From Styela clava (Eukaryota): DNA of 64,000 bases. This document shows, in pieces, positions 13,064 to 26,600 of the stretch. The notes below the pieces were generated by a model that did no database searches, was not told where the DNA came from, and worked only from the letters and a program-made list of their open reading frames with translations. The first letter of the stretch is position 1, and every line of letters starts with the position of its first letter. The position numbers and the translations under genes are program-made. The DNA lies in the NCBI RefSeq assembly GCF_964204865.1, contig NC_135256.1:15996001-16060000 (forward strand). The letters run 5' to 3'.

Positions 13064-14055
13064 GATGTCTAACGGTTATTTTTTTACAATTCACTATTAA
13101 ATTGAAGCAGATAGGGTTAGCACATATATTCATGCTACAAAATATTAATAATTACAAAAAAGTAGAATTTAATATAATTCATTCCCAAGATGAACGATAA
13201 AAATATAATGTAATGGCAAACTAATCTATCATATTCATATCATATTGGTACACAATGAAAGGCCAATCCAATTTCTTAGTATGATAATGTGTGACGATGA
13301 AATTAAGTGATAGTATTGAAAGTGAAAACAGAATATGGCATTACCAGTATAGAATGTATTTAAAACAAAAAGTCATTCCGTTCACAAGATGGTCGAAGCG
13401 AAATTAACAATGAGACTAAACCAAATAATTACATTACTGTGTTAATAGTGAACAAGACACAAGTTTGCAAGAAACTCATCTTAATATGAACTCCACACAC
13501 TGACACATATTGTATATCGCCTTTTCGCAATATTCTATATAGGTACTAGTGATACAAGTACTTGACATCTGGCAAATTAAAATGGGCGAAAAGATAAAAA
13601 TACAGGTTTGCAGTATGAGTTGTAATATGAAAAATTCTAATTAATTGGAAAAAACTGATTTTATTTTTTCAATACCCATTAAGGTTAAACCTATAAATGG
13701 TTTAATTAAGGCATATTTGGGCAGTTTATAATGGGGTAAGAGGATGAACAATGATTTTCTTCGAGTCGCTTGCTTTTTTTAATAAAAAGCAAAAGTTACT
13801 ATTTGTATCTTATAGTAAATTTCATATTTAGTATTGGTCTGTTGTTCAATAGTAATTGCATGCGTGAGGAATATTACCGCGTAAAAACTTGTCAGCATTT
13901 ATTTTGCTTCAGTAAAGCGCAAAGCCACGCGTCTGCGCGTCGATTTTAAAAACTCGCTAATGGCAAACACATGCAGTTTTCTCACTTTAAAATAATCACT
14001 GGAGAAAAAATGTTAAGTACCAATATCCTTTGGTCGCGAGATTCTACAAAATCAA

Positions 14056-14777
14056 GGGTCTTACTACTTACTGAATACACCGCGAAACACCGCAAAGAGT
14101 GCAAAACAGCGCGAAACAGAAGGAAACCAGCGCAAAACAGAGGGAAATAGCGCAAAACAGCAGACGCAGTCATTACCACCTCCTGCCACGAAAGAACCAC
14201 GGCGCCTCTCGCCATGGTTTTATGGCGCTATTTCCGGCATATTTACAAGGTTATGTACCGGATTATAGGTCATTATGCGAAATTTTATCTACCTTTTTGG
14301 TGCTCCAGAAGTATGTGCAGCAATATGTCGCACAACCTGAATCCGCTGCACACACACACATACTATTTTCAGGTTGTGCGCCATCTTGGTGCACATACTT
14401 CTGGAGGTCCCTTTTTAACTAACCCTAACCCTAAAGCCAACCATATCCATATGGAAAATGTTCTAAATTATGGTACCCAAAATGTGTCACCAGCAGGGGC
14501 AGACCTGCCATTACAGCATTACTGGCTACATACGTTGGTTTGTGTTTTTAATTTGCTGCCGTGGTACGGTACCGGTACTCCAACTCAAAACAAGGTGCCC
14601 CGAACTCATTGCAAATTTTTTTTCTGCCTCACACTGTTTCCCTCTGTTTTGCGCTCTTTCGGCTGTTTTGCGCTGTTTCCACACTGTTTTGCGCTGTTTC
14701 CTCTGTTTTGTGCTGTTTCCCTCTGTTTTGGGCTCTTTGCGGTGTTTCGCGCTGTATTCAGTACCGTAGTAAGACCG
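14056..14777. mobile_element. Foldback/Mutator-type non-autonomous element with modular TIRs and a 9-bp TSD
   Basis: TIRs GGGTCTTACTAC..TACTGAATAC / GTATTCAGTACCGTAGTAAGACCG, with arrays of about 10-bp GC(A/G)AAACAG units on both arms. Perfect TSD CAAAATCAA at 14047-14055 and 14778-14786. Confidence 0.85.
14299..14410. mobile_element. Small palindromic MITE nested in the foldback element; family also at 53823-53917 and 57830-57930
   Basis: GGTGCTCCAGAAGTATGTGCA..GCACAACCTGAA ... TTCAGGTTGTGCGCCATCTTGGTGCACATACTTCTGGAG forms a near-perfect hairpin. The same GCACAACCTGAA core is in the two other copies. Confidence 0.8.
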
Positions 14778-15299
14778 CAAAATCAATTTTTTGAAAAATT
14801 TGGGTCGCTTAAAAAAAGGTTGAGAACCACTGGACTAGGCTAGTAGTCTAACGTTTTAACGTTAGTACCGTATTTCAATTAAAAGTTACCGTACCCTACA
14901 AGATTAAAAATCCAAAATGTGCAGCAAGTCATTCCTTTTTTTTCCAAAACAGTTTATTCAAGTTTCACCTTTAACTAGGCAACAGAACTAATCACACGTT
15001 CAGACAGTACCAGTACCGATATCCTAAAAGAAGAGTAAACACGGATACGCCAGGGAGTACCGATACCGTACCGGTAGGTACCGTACTAGCCTAACTCTGT
15101 AGCTGCCAGCCAATGAAAATTGCAATTTTACCATACCGGTACTGCCATAAGTTAGGTACAGTACCGGTACCAGTAGACTACGGTACCGATACCGTCTACC
15201 GGCATCGACAACCTGTATCGCCCTTTTCTGCCAAAATGTATTTAGAAGCCAGAGGATTTCTTCGCGGCGGCTACTACAGTACCAATTTTGTTCATATGC

Positions 15300-15850
15300 A
15301 TGTTCTTGTTTTTTTAGTTTGCAATAAATTCTCTCTCTGTTGCCTGTAGCCGGACCATAACAGTGACGAAGTTAATTTGACTTGAGGCTTGGTTTTTACA
15401 TTGACAAATATAGTTGCCAGATTATTGAATCAAAAACTTGAAATTGTAAACAATAATATTCGACGTTTAAACGGATTATATTACAAAAATAAAGCATAAA
15501 AAGTTTTGTTTTTTAAATTTTATGCTTGACATATGACGTATAACTCTCGCATTACATTTTTTCGTGAGTAGATAGCAGGAAGTGTGAGTTGTGGGGGACT
15601 GACTGAAAGAAAATAGGCGACAAGGTATTATAAAGTTATCGATTTTCCTGATTCGAGTCTATTTCAGTTGACTGGTTGCTATGACGTCAGTTGAGTTTGT
15701 GACGTCGTGGTTGGGAACGGAGGACTGCGCTCCGATATATTGACAAGTGGTTTGTTGTTTTGTTTCGTTTCTCTTGTTTCTATGATCGAGTGGTTTTGAC
15801 GTGATTAGTTGCGGCTGCCGTGGCCGTTGCTAATATGAAAGCTGTAGTAA
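15300..15850. promoter_or_regulatory. Putative divergent promoter shared by TMEM30 (-) and DYRK2 (+)
   Basis: Lies between the 5' ends of the two head-to-head genes. A/T-tract core at 15440-15530, palindromic CRE TGACGTCA at 15682 and TGACGT half-sites at 15534, 15700 and 15797. CpG-retaining. The TSSs are inferred, not observed. Confidence 0.55.
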
Positions 15851-18800
15851 TATCGTACTGTTATTGTTTCGCTGTACGTTAACGTTGTTATGTATCGGTA
15901 CCGGTACGGTGCAGACGAGCATTAAAATTTGTACGGTCATGACGGTACAGGTACGCCCTGACGTCTGTAAGTTGTTACAGGTACGTTCACAACCTACGTA
16001 CCATACAGACCTCGCCGATTTTGTTACCTATATGTGTCATAATTAGGGATCTGATAATATTCAATTCCCGCTAGTGATACCGGTATCACAGATCACTAAA
16101 GCATGGTAAGACAAGAAGGCATGGTGAGGCAAGAATAATTCTTTACCTTAAATAATACCGTTACTGCTATTAGCCTACTGAATTACCGTACCAGTACACG
16201 TTTTCTTGGTACTGTAGTAGCCTACAGGATAGGTTGGAGTATAATCATACTGAAGCTGATTGGACACAAAGTTTATATTGATATAGCCTAGTCTAGGATA
16301 AATCTGTAAATGCTGAAATGCATAATTTTTGATGTAACAGACATATAAAATAATAATGAATTATTGGGATTAACATTAGCTCAACTTCCAGACTTCAGTG
16401 TGATATCCCTTCAATCTAATCCGTCAAACACGTAAAAAAAAAATTTGTCGCTTCAGCAATCATTTTTTAGAATATTAAATTGAGAATTGTCCTGATAATA
16501 AGTCATATTTCAATGATTTCAAGTGGTAGATCACTTAAGGAATCATACTGCATAGAACTAGATGGTGGGATGACACTAAAATATACCCAATGGCTGAATT
16601 GGCCCTTTTGTGCTGTGCCGAATTCATAACTTCAGTCATCGAATGCTTCCTATGAAGCTATTTGTTTACTCCTTATGTTTCTAATGTATGACCACTTGTC
16701 CGATTATTGGTGAGTGTTTATGTGGAATTCTAACCAGTACAGGTACTAATATTGTTTTAAATCTCAGATTCACTAAAATAAACTGAGATTATTAGGTTTT
16801 ATCGCGTCCTAATTCACACTGAAATGCATTTTTTTATTTTCCTTTATTCTGTTTGTACAATGTGTATTTTCACCATGTGTAAAAATAAACTAATGACTGA
16901 TATTAAACCATTTTTTAACAAACTACAGAACTACAATGTGTGTGAATGTTTAGAACCAAAACAAAATGTTCACACAGATATCAGGAACTTTGATAACGGC
17001 ATGGCACGAGGTAGCTTAGTTACGCTGTCATCTAGATCGTTCTTTGATATTGTAGTTTGTAATATTACCGTATTTTGGAATAGTGACATTGATAAATACT
17101 TATGAAAATATACAGATTGGTAATAGTATCCTTATTTTCAAAACAATATTTGGTCACATGGAGCAAAAAAAAAATGGTGAGATGTTGTCATAATTGGGAC
17201 TCAAAATTGTGTAGTCACATTATAAATTTCAAGCTAACTTGCATGCGTTGCCGATAATAAATACATATATTTAATATTGTATTGGTGGAATGTTTAACAT
17301 AGTTTGTCATAAATGTCATTTTTATTTTGTTTTTCCATGCCTACACTCTGAACAAGGCTATAGACAAGCAAGCACTAATACATAAGAAGCATCTACTATT
17401 TTGGAAGGAAATCAATCCTTCCAGATTTTAAAATTTGTTCCATCCTGTGAGGTGTATGGGTGTTCAACTTAATGAAGATCACCAAATTATGATTCAAACA
17501 ATCTATCAACTAAGCCTCATTTTTCTATGTTCAAGTCTAGTTCCTGACTTCTTTTAGATAAAGCTGTTATCTTCTACAATTAATAGCATAAAGATTTTAA
17601 TTTAGGGTATATATCAAATTTTTCAATTCCAGTGTCATAATGAGAAGGAAATATTTCGATATCATTTTCTAAATATTTTTTTTAATATACCGGTATGTTA
17701 TTAATGTATATACCGATAATTTAAAATGAAATGAAAATTTTCTATCAGATATTTACGACATTTGAGTATGAGTTTATGGGGAATGATACAAGCATAAATC
17801 TTGAATTTGTGTGCTTTTAGTGCACATTGTATATTGCGTCACATGTATAATAGAAATACAGTATTCATAATATTTCTAGTCATTATTTTTTTTTGTATGT
17901 GTGCTGATTAGACATCTAATTTGGCTTTTAGTATTTTATTATCTATTTCTTTTGTGAATAAGGCTGTTTCGAATTTCCCCAAAAAGGTGAAATTAATATA
18001 ACCCTTTAAATAATGGCATTGTAATTTTAACTTGATATTTCTTACCCAATCACTTTTCAAATCATTGCTTTCAGTAAAATAGAATTATTACAAAAAATAG
18101 TTATCACGACGTATTTTTCGTTAGATGGTTAGCTTCTTTGTAATAATACCTAGAGTTATTATTAACAGAATCGTCATAAGTGCTTTGTATTATGATGAGT
18201 GGGCTTGTGGTAATACTTTTAATTACATTACCAACGCTCATTGACATGTCCGCTTCATCCAAACCTCTGATTTGTAAATCGTACCATTTGCATATTTGTG
18301 AGCTCATCTCAGTAATAAGCTACCGATAAATTGTTTTATTTATATATAATAGGATACTAATTGGCCCTTTTTTTAATGCGTCCCCAATTTCATAAACCTT
18401 AATTGCTTCAAGGTCCAGATTTTCGTCAAAATACATTGTAGTACAGTATTCAAATTTTCCTCGTAACATCTTGTTTATGTGTATAAACCAAACTCATTAA
18501 TATTAAAATCTCCCCGGCTGGGTCTGCATCCTTGTTTACCAGCAAGATTAATTTAAGGCAGGAGGCAGAAAAACAACTTCCCCAAACGTTGCATTCATTA
18601 TTCATGGTTTTAATAATCCCCATAGACTAACCACAGTACGCTTTAACTCGCGATAATTATCAGGAAACTTTTTGGGGTTTAAACTGAATCAGATATTATC
18701 TTTATTCATGTGTGGGTCACATATGGATCCCATCATTCCAAGCCGTACAGGCCCTTCCCATACTAAGGTATAAGGCGTTAATATTTCCATCTAAGTTGCT

Positions 18801-19795
18801 CAAAATTTCCTTTTTATGCTTTAGAAGTGTGAACGACTTTATTGATTTCCTATTTCTGGAATTTTAGTGGCGCAGATTTAGTATGAGTGTTGTGAACGTG
18901 CTTTTTGTCAGACTATTTTGTGCAAACATGCAATAAGTTTCGTTGATAATTTTCTTATTTCCGAGTTCAAACGCCGGGGATCTCATCCTATGTTAATTAG
19001 TTGTTATTTTCGTGTGACAGGAGAATACTTTTAATTCATAACGAAAATTTGACAAATCGTAATTTTTGCATATGTTTTTGTATGATTATTTATTGAGCAT
19101 ACTATTATTTGACTAATCAAATTAATTTTTTGAGTTGAAGCAACTTTTATATTTCGTATTCGAAATCTATCTAACACGCATCAAAAGGCAAACATTTAGG
19201 AAGTGCCTATTAGACGTGTGGTTTCAGACTCAGTACTAAATTATTTTTATTCACTTACCCACACACCAAGTTTTCCGAATACTGATAAGACAATATAAAT
19301 TATATTATAGTAATCAGGGGTGTTGATTGATTTATTAGTCTAATTATTTTGTGTTATTTTATTATTTTATGTCGCCTCAAAATGAATTCGCTGGCTAAAT
19401 TACAATATGGTGGTGGAAAAGCATAACATTATAGATGTGAATTATCTTAATCTAATATCGTGATATTCCCAGCCTCCGCCCATGTCTAAACGAATAAAAT
19501 AAGCATTTCTTTGGTTTGCTTTAGTTTTTACACCCGCATAAATGCGCTTTAGTAATTTGATTTACTTTGACGCTTAGCGATTGTCACTCGTCTCATGTGA
19601 CGTGCGTGCGGACCGAAGGATGAAACAAGACCTTGAGATCTCTGCGCGGTGAGGCGAGTAAATAGGGCAAACAAAGACATTGAATGTCATCTCAAAACAT
19701 TGAAACGCACCGTTGGTTATCTTTCAGAGCAGTAGTTTGATTCGTTTTATCGCCAACCGAAGTGTATATTGAGTTTAATAAAACATGGCATAAAT

Positions 19796-20601
19796 CAGTG
19801 GTCGGCAACCTTTGTGAGTGACGGACCGGTATTGCCTGACCAAAATTTTGGCGGACCACCTTTATACAAACGAACTAAGCTAATAAAATAAATTATACGC
19901 ATTAGGAAATTTATGTTGACAATATATATACTAAAAACGACGGCCATGCTATTTAATGCGATATCTGTATGTGTTTGCTGGCCATTAACTGTTCCCACGT
20001 TGGAGATGTGGTAGACATTAATACACGTAACGTGTTTCTTGCATCTCGCCTACTTCGATATTTCGTTTTTGTAGTTGTCAATATTGAAAACCAGGCCTCA
20101 CATTAATAAGATCTCGGGAAAGGTAACAATGCATGTAAACCTTCCGACATTAGTCTGGGCATTGATTGATGTTTGTTTTTCCAAAACTAATTTTTTTACC
20201 CGAAGTGCTAATTTTGTGATTATCCTGATTCTGAAGTATAGATTTAGCACTGACTAGGTATGACCGGTTAGCTGCCAGCCAGTAATGGAGTAGTCACGTT
20301 TTTAGCGAGAATCATTTTGTTGGAAAGATCTTATTCGACCGATGAGAGACATTCTTATATGAGTGTAGAGAAAACAATTGATCCAGCGTTATTGCGACAT
20401 ACTGTCAATTGTTTATGAAGTCAGACACGATGCTCAAAAGTGTTGTGCTTGCTGTTGGGCGTGTTTTTAGTCTCATAGGGTTTGTAGTAAGATTGTGGAG
20501 GTTTTATTACAGCCTTGTCTGTTTTGTGTGACCTCTGCGTACCGGCAGTAATCTTTCCGTGGACCGGCGATGGGCCGCGGTCCGGTGGTTGCCGACCACT
20601 G
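19796..20601. mobile_element. hAT (Buster/Charlie-like) MITE, 806 bp
   Basis: TIRs CAGTGGTCGGCAACC / GGTTGCCGACCACTG; 8-bp TSD GCATAAAT / GCCTAAAT (7/8). Confidence 0.9.
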
Positions 20602-23600
20602 GCCTAAATAGCATATTATATTAACTACGGTTATTCCCCCTTCATATATATTCGATAGAAGGATGTATAATTATTTACTTCACCAGCATGAGACGAAAAA
20701 AATTGATTGTTCAAGAAATATAGTAATTCGCCGGGGATATTGATAAATTTCCCATTTTAAAAAGGTGTTGGTCGATATTACCCAATTTAACATTTAAAAG
20801 GTTCATGCTTGCGTTGAAGGATGGTGGGCTTATTCATTTTTCTTCGGTTCCGATTTAATATGACTATACCATCACGCGGGAATAAAGTTTAAGTTTAATG
20901 CTAATTTGGAAATAATACTATTTGGAGATAGCAGATTAATATCAAATTAACTTCGTCTCACTTTATTTTACACGCACTTATTAAGTATTGTTGCTGACGT
21001 ATACGAAACCGCTGGAATCGTATTAATAAGAAAATCGTTCCCCCGGTTTAAGAAGTTTTATTGTACTCTGGGCACAATTTTACAAGTACTTTAAGGCCGT
21101 TTGTTCGTGACGATTGGCATAATTCTTGGGATAAATTCGATTCTGAAATTGATTATTGTTTATACTATGATCGACTTTTCTCCCTACTATTGTTATGTTT
21201 GTGGCCACTCTGTACAGGGTTATGGTGCATAGACTTTAAAACTAGATTTAACACCTCGACGCGGGGTCCATATGTGGCCACTGCTTAATATGTCCGTATT
21301 AGCGAACGAAGTCACACGGAGATGCTAATTACTATTCATCTTTGTAACAGAAATTTGACGAGTACTGCGGTCAAATGAAGTAATTACATACCAATTACGG
21401 TGACGCGGCTTTACTTTGTTCACAGATTGGTTGGTTATTCGCTTACAAACGTCAAATTCATTTTCACTATTTATACAATAGTATAACGCAATAGGCGCGT
21501 CCGCACAGCCTTCATTAACCACCACCGCAATTAAGGAAAAATCGAATGGCTTTAATTCATGATAAACAGGCTCACGCGATTGCGATTAAACCCGGGCGCT
21601 TGGGAAATCACGCTAAACCGAATCGACTTTCTCGTTGGCTCTAATCGAATTTTGTGTAGCGGATAGTTCGTGCAAATGTTTAGATTGGAACGACAGTGGA
21701 AAGTTTTGTTTTTGTGTCGAACAGTGTTTGGAATATCTAAATTAAGGAAGGACAATGATGATTTTTTTAGTGAAAATTATTACTTCCGAAACCTTGTCAC
21801 CGATGTTTCATGGGGTACACGATAAAATAGTCCCATGAGTGATATGTATCAGGAACATTCTCACACGCTGGGCGTGTAACTTGTGAAAATCGCCATCTTG
21901 ATTCAAGAATGGGACTATATGTAATTTCGGAACGGAATCATAGTGCTTTCAAAAAAACTTTGCGTATTACGCTAGCCAAGATATATTGGACAACTTCAGG
22001 CGAACAATTTTTTTTAAATTACTTCGTTCCCAATTTAATTATTTAACTTTGTCTTGTTACTTGCTCTCGTAATGTATATTGCCGTGGAAGTGTTATATCA
22101 AAATGACATCAAAATCAGTGCACTATATAGTTATAATGTTATGTATTTTTAACAGGTCTTAAAATTATCACCCGTTCGCATGTTCTTAACACCTTACAAA
22201 CGTATTTGTCACCCTGGAAGTGACTGTGGTTGTCATTATGTTTTGTCAAGTTTATGCAATAACTTTGCCAAGTATAGATGTAGATGTGTCGATCTCGAAT
22301 AGTAATTTCCACCCAGCGCACATGCTTGGCCCATAGTTTTAAATAGACACAACACCTGCTGTCACGTACAAGTCGTCATAACACATCAAACGCGACATTG
22401 GCTAATATTACAAAGACCATCTTGGGGAATTATCAGTCTGACTTTATTCTGTGTGGGAGTTACTTCTTCATACTAGTAGAGAGAAATTGATAACAGTTAT
22501 GGTAATGTTGACTTTATATTGTGTGCACTGTGGGATAGTTTTAGTATACTTTTAGAATATGAATGTGTATATTATGACTGAAGTGATAGTTGTATACTTG
22601 AAAAGATGTGACTCATCTACAATGTATCGTGCAGTTTCTCGTTTTAGCCGCATTTGAAACTTAGAGTAATAAAGTGCATTCAGTAGAAATGAATTCGTGC
22701 CCACCTTCCAGTAATGAATTGTAGCTCTGCAATTGCAATATTTACACAAATGAATGTAAAGGTTTTATTTTTGTTCATTTCTACTCCTGAACAAGAAACT
22801 GTTCACTGTCCGAGTCAATGTCGTAAATCAGATCATCATCAATCAGTTTTATTGGCTGTCACATTAGTGCGATCTAAAATAATGTCTTCTAAATAGATAT
22901 ACGTGAGTCGCTGTTGTCAGTTTTAACGCAAGCTCGTTCTCGTGTCAACGTTGGAACGTTCAATCTTTTAATAGGGTCTGTCGTTATAGAGCTATAATGA
23001 GGTTATGGCTGCGGGCAGTGGTTTTAAAAGACGACTTGCTCTTTTAATTGGCATTAACTAGGTACGACTCGTATACGATTTTCCAATAGCAATTACTTAG
23101 GCCATGTTAAGGTCGGTTGGGATTGCGAGGTGTTTTATTAATATAATACGCCCAAAAGCATGGCATACGTTTCTCTCTATGGGGCCCAAGCATGAACGAC
23201 TCGAATTGGTTAGCGAATTGGGCAATGGTATAGAGAAAATTGATCCGGACGGACAAATGTAATATTATCCTATTAGGCGCAACAGGCATTGCTAGGATTT
23301 CAGCGTTCCTAAACTAGTCGAACAATAGAAGCGAGCTGTATACACGTATCCATGTATCTGTCAGCTTTTGAAAAATGTACACGGATATTTTTATTAAAGA
23401 CCGGTCGTGTTCAGTGCGTTTCTGAATGAAGTAAAGGTTATATTACCTACATAGAATTCAGTATAGCTCTTTATTATCATATTCTCAGCCGCCCTGTGAG
23501 TGATATTAAGTAAAAAGAATTAGTTGCTGCGTCGTTAGAAAGCATTATCAAACTGACTGCCCAAAGAGCTTGCACGTATTTAGTAATGTGAAATTATATA

Positions 23601-26600
23601 TAAGATCAAAGGATAGTTTCTGTGTTGTCTTATTCATAACACCTGATCTCTGGTATGTTGTCTATATCGACTGTATGATAGATGTGTCCGTTATCTATTG
23701 TGGACGACGACCCAATGCCTGGTTGCCCCCACATTTATACATGGCGCCTTGGGTAATTATTTATTTAATTATGTTGTGCATTAATGTAAAAAAGTTTTAG
23801 CTACAGTACTTTACGTATAATTTTTTTTTTGCTCATCATTGGTACATAGTGGTGCTGCTTGTCAAAGTATTGGCAACCTATTTTTGACTACTAATTAATG
23901 GTAATTATCAATATTATTCCAACATTTTAGAAAGCATATACGCGCATTACTCGTAATAAAAGGGACCCGACTATGGGAACGTAAGGTTTTATGATTCGGG
24001 ATCTTGTTTCTGTTTAACTGTTCCAGAAGTATGTAGTACGTCAAATAAATATAGGTCCCCACCGCGGTCTTTCTTCGATTCAAAGATATCGCTGAATTTC
24101 ATCCACAAAAAGATATAATATTATTATATTAAAAAATCTGTAATATAAATTCCTTCATCAGAACGCAAGATTATAAAGTCGTAATTATTTTATAAATAAA
24201 ATTCTAATACCAGCACCCGACTCTACATGTTGTTACGAGATTACCCCAGAGATTGACTTGGCATTCATTCTGTCTACCGCGAGAGATATCTGTGATCTGA
24301 CCCACTGCCCTCAGCTAAGAGCTTTTAGTTTGCAACCACAATTCACTTTGAAACTCTTGCTATGATAAAGATTATCACCTAATGGTTTAGTCGGCGTCTA
24401 ATTGTGCGTTTCAGGCCCGGACACAGAAATGAAAAGGCCTATTCGTTAAGATAGATATTTGAACAATTTCAAAAGTTGGAAATAAAATAATGCCGAAACA
24501 AGTGCAGTAAATTACACAAACTACGTAATCCTTAATTTTAGCGCGGTCCGGACAAATAAATCAATGTCTATGAACTTTATGCTCGTGCATTATGCTTTTG
24601 CGACTTATTGCTAGATCTAACAAAGATGATATATGGTGCGCCATGGTAATTGTTATAATATGAGTGGTCATTTTACGATCCAGTAAGCATATTATTAAAT
24701 CTCTTTGACCTAAAATTAAAGTGTTGTTATCATGAGCCGATTGTTTCGCGGCATGGCATTGGTATTTAATGCTGTACTGTAAACCTATTTTTTATAAGTG
24801 TTAACGAATTGGTGCGGTACATAAATGGTGAAGAAATGTATATCGCCATCGAAACTCTTCGCGCTAATATACAAACAAAGCAGGCGTTATTTTGCAAGTA
24901 GCGAAACTATCTATCATCGAACGTCCAGCGCCATAATTATCTGGCAGAAATCACGTCTCAAGTTTTCAATTATAAATTATCATTGACCTAGGTAATATAA
25001 TTCTAAACAATATTTGATTTATAATTGTATTTCTTGATCAATAATTTCGACTCGGTATATGTGATTCGGGGGCGAATGTTTCTCTGATAAGTTCGATGGG
25101 CCCTGTATGGATGACTCTTTTTCGATACATACCTGCAAGGCTTTGCCGATTGGTATTAGGGATCAAGGCAGCACAAATGAAGCAGTTCTATACCGTGACC
25201 GTTTTTTTCTGTGTACTTTTTAACCGACGCGGAAGTGTTCACGCTTGTCAGTCAATCTGTGTTCGTTTGACACATACTCATCACGAAACTGTTAAAATGA
25301 TTGACCAGTATTGTTGTATGACAAGCAGTGTGTAACAGTGCGTGGTCATGATTCGTCTAGCAATACGTCGTCACGAAAATTTACCGGATCATTTTTGAAG
25401 GTTGTAGCATTTAATACCTCTGAAACCTAATTGAGTTTGCCCGTAATGAATCCGGTACAGTAGTGCCCTATGAAGGATGTTAATATCATAATTGCGGAGT
25501 ATATGATTACGGGGTAACTTTACTAGCGTTGGAGAATAACTGCAATTGGTTTTCACATACATATTAAGCTAATTAACCTATGCTTACCGTTACACCGCGT
25601 GAAAGGGTAACTCGGAGCGGAGCAATCGGCATATTTCCTTTGAGGATGCAGGCAATACCTTGAAAGTGCAAACGTGAAGTTTCTAGCGCCACTGGATTGC
25701 AGACAATCTTATATACAAAGAGTAGGAGATATGTTAGCAGGCTCGAGATTTTTTTTATGTGCGCGGGTTTGAATTTGTTTGATCAAAAATTCCGAGGTTT
25801 GAATAATTAGACAGTAGTCCGTAAATTGACAGGTGTTTTGCCTCGCTGTGTGATTGACCCGAAAAGTATTTGCATAATAAATTTATTAGTTTTACAATCT
25901 ATTGAGACAGAACGGAGTAGGATTATATTCAATCCTGTTTAAATAAATGTTTTTTGTATCGACGCAAACGACTTTCTTTATATTTAATTTCGAAAAAGAG
26001 TTCAAATAGACAGTGTACAAATTATTGTACAATTTCAACCTGGGCTGAAAATTTAAATAACTACATTCATTACTAAGACCACGCGCGTGTAGTTGAGACG
26101 ATGATTCGTATTTTAGAAGTCGCGCGTACTAGCTGTCTTGTCAGAAAATCTCGGATTAGGTTTTATAAATAGCATGTTTGTTTATTCGCGTAATTCTTAA
26201 CTGATACCTCTTGAATCTTGGGAGTATTGTATTTGAACTTGAAGAAATCCGGCTTGAAGTCGATTTCGAGAAATGGTAAGCCAAGCTTAGGTAGCAGGAC
26301 GCCAGTGGCGATGTTCTCTGAAGGTATAGTTTGAATTGTCCATTTATGGGTAACTTCCGCGGGTACATACGTAGAAGACTAAATTGAGTTTCTCATGGTT
26401 GTATCAAAATCATCCTTTCGGGAAGTTTTTTGTGATTATAATTGTGCGTCATTTAAATTTCGGCGGAATCAAAGCTGACTAATTAGCCAAATATATGTGG
26501 ATTACGTCACGCAGACAGCGTCAAACCAACAATGGTTCGTCTCTCGCGGGATGTCGTCACATTATGCAACAGCTGCAAATGTCCTTACTTTTATTCGAAC

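Noticed and set aside
14417-14434. Telomere-like (CCCTAA)n
   Set aside because: Only about 2.5 units inside a transposon; not an interstitial telomere.
13982-14843. Six overlapping ORFs of up to 209 aa with repetitive FALF/KQR content
   Set aside because: These are translations of the stop-poor foldback TIR arrays.
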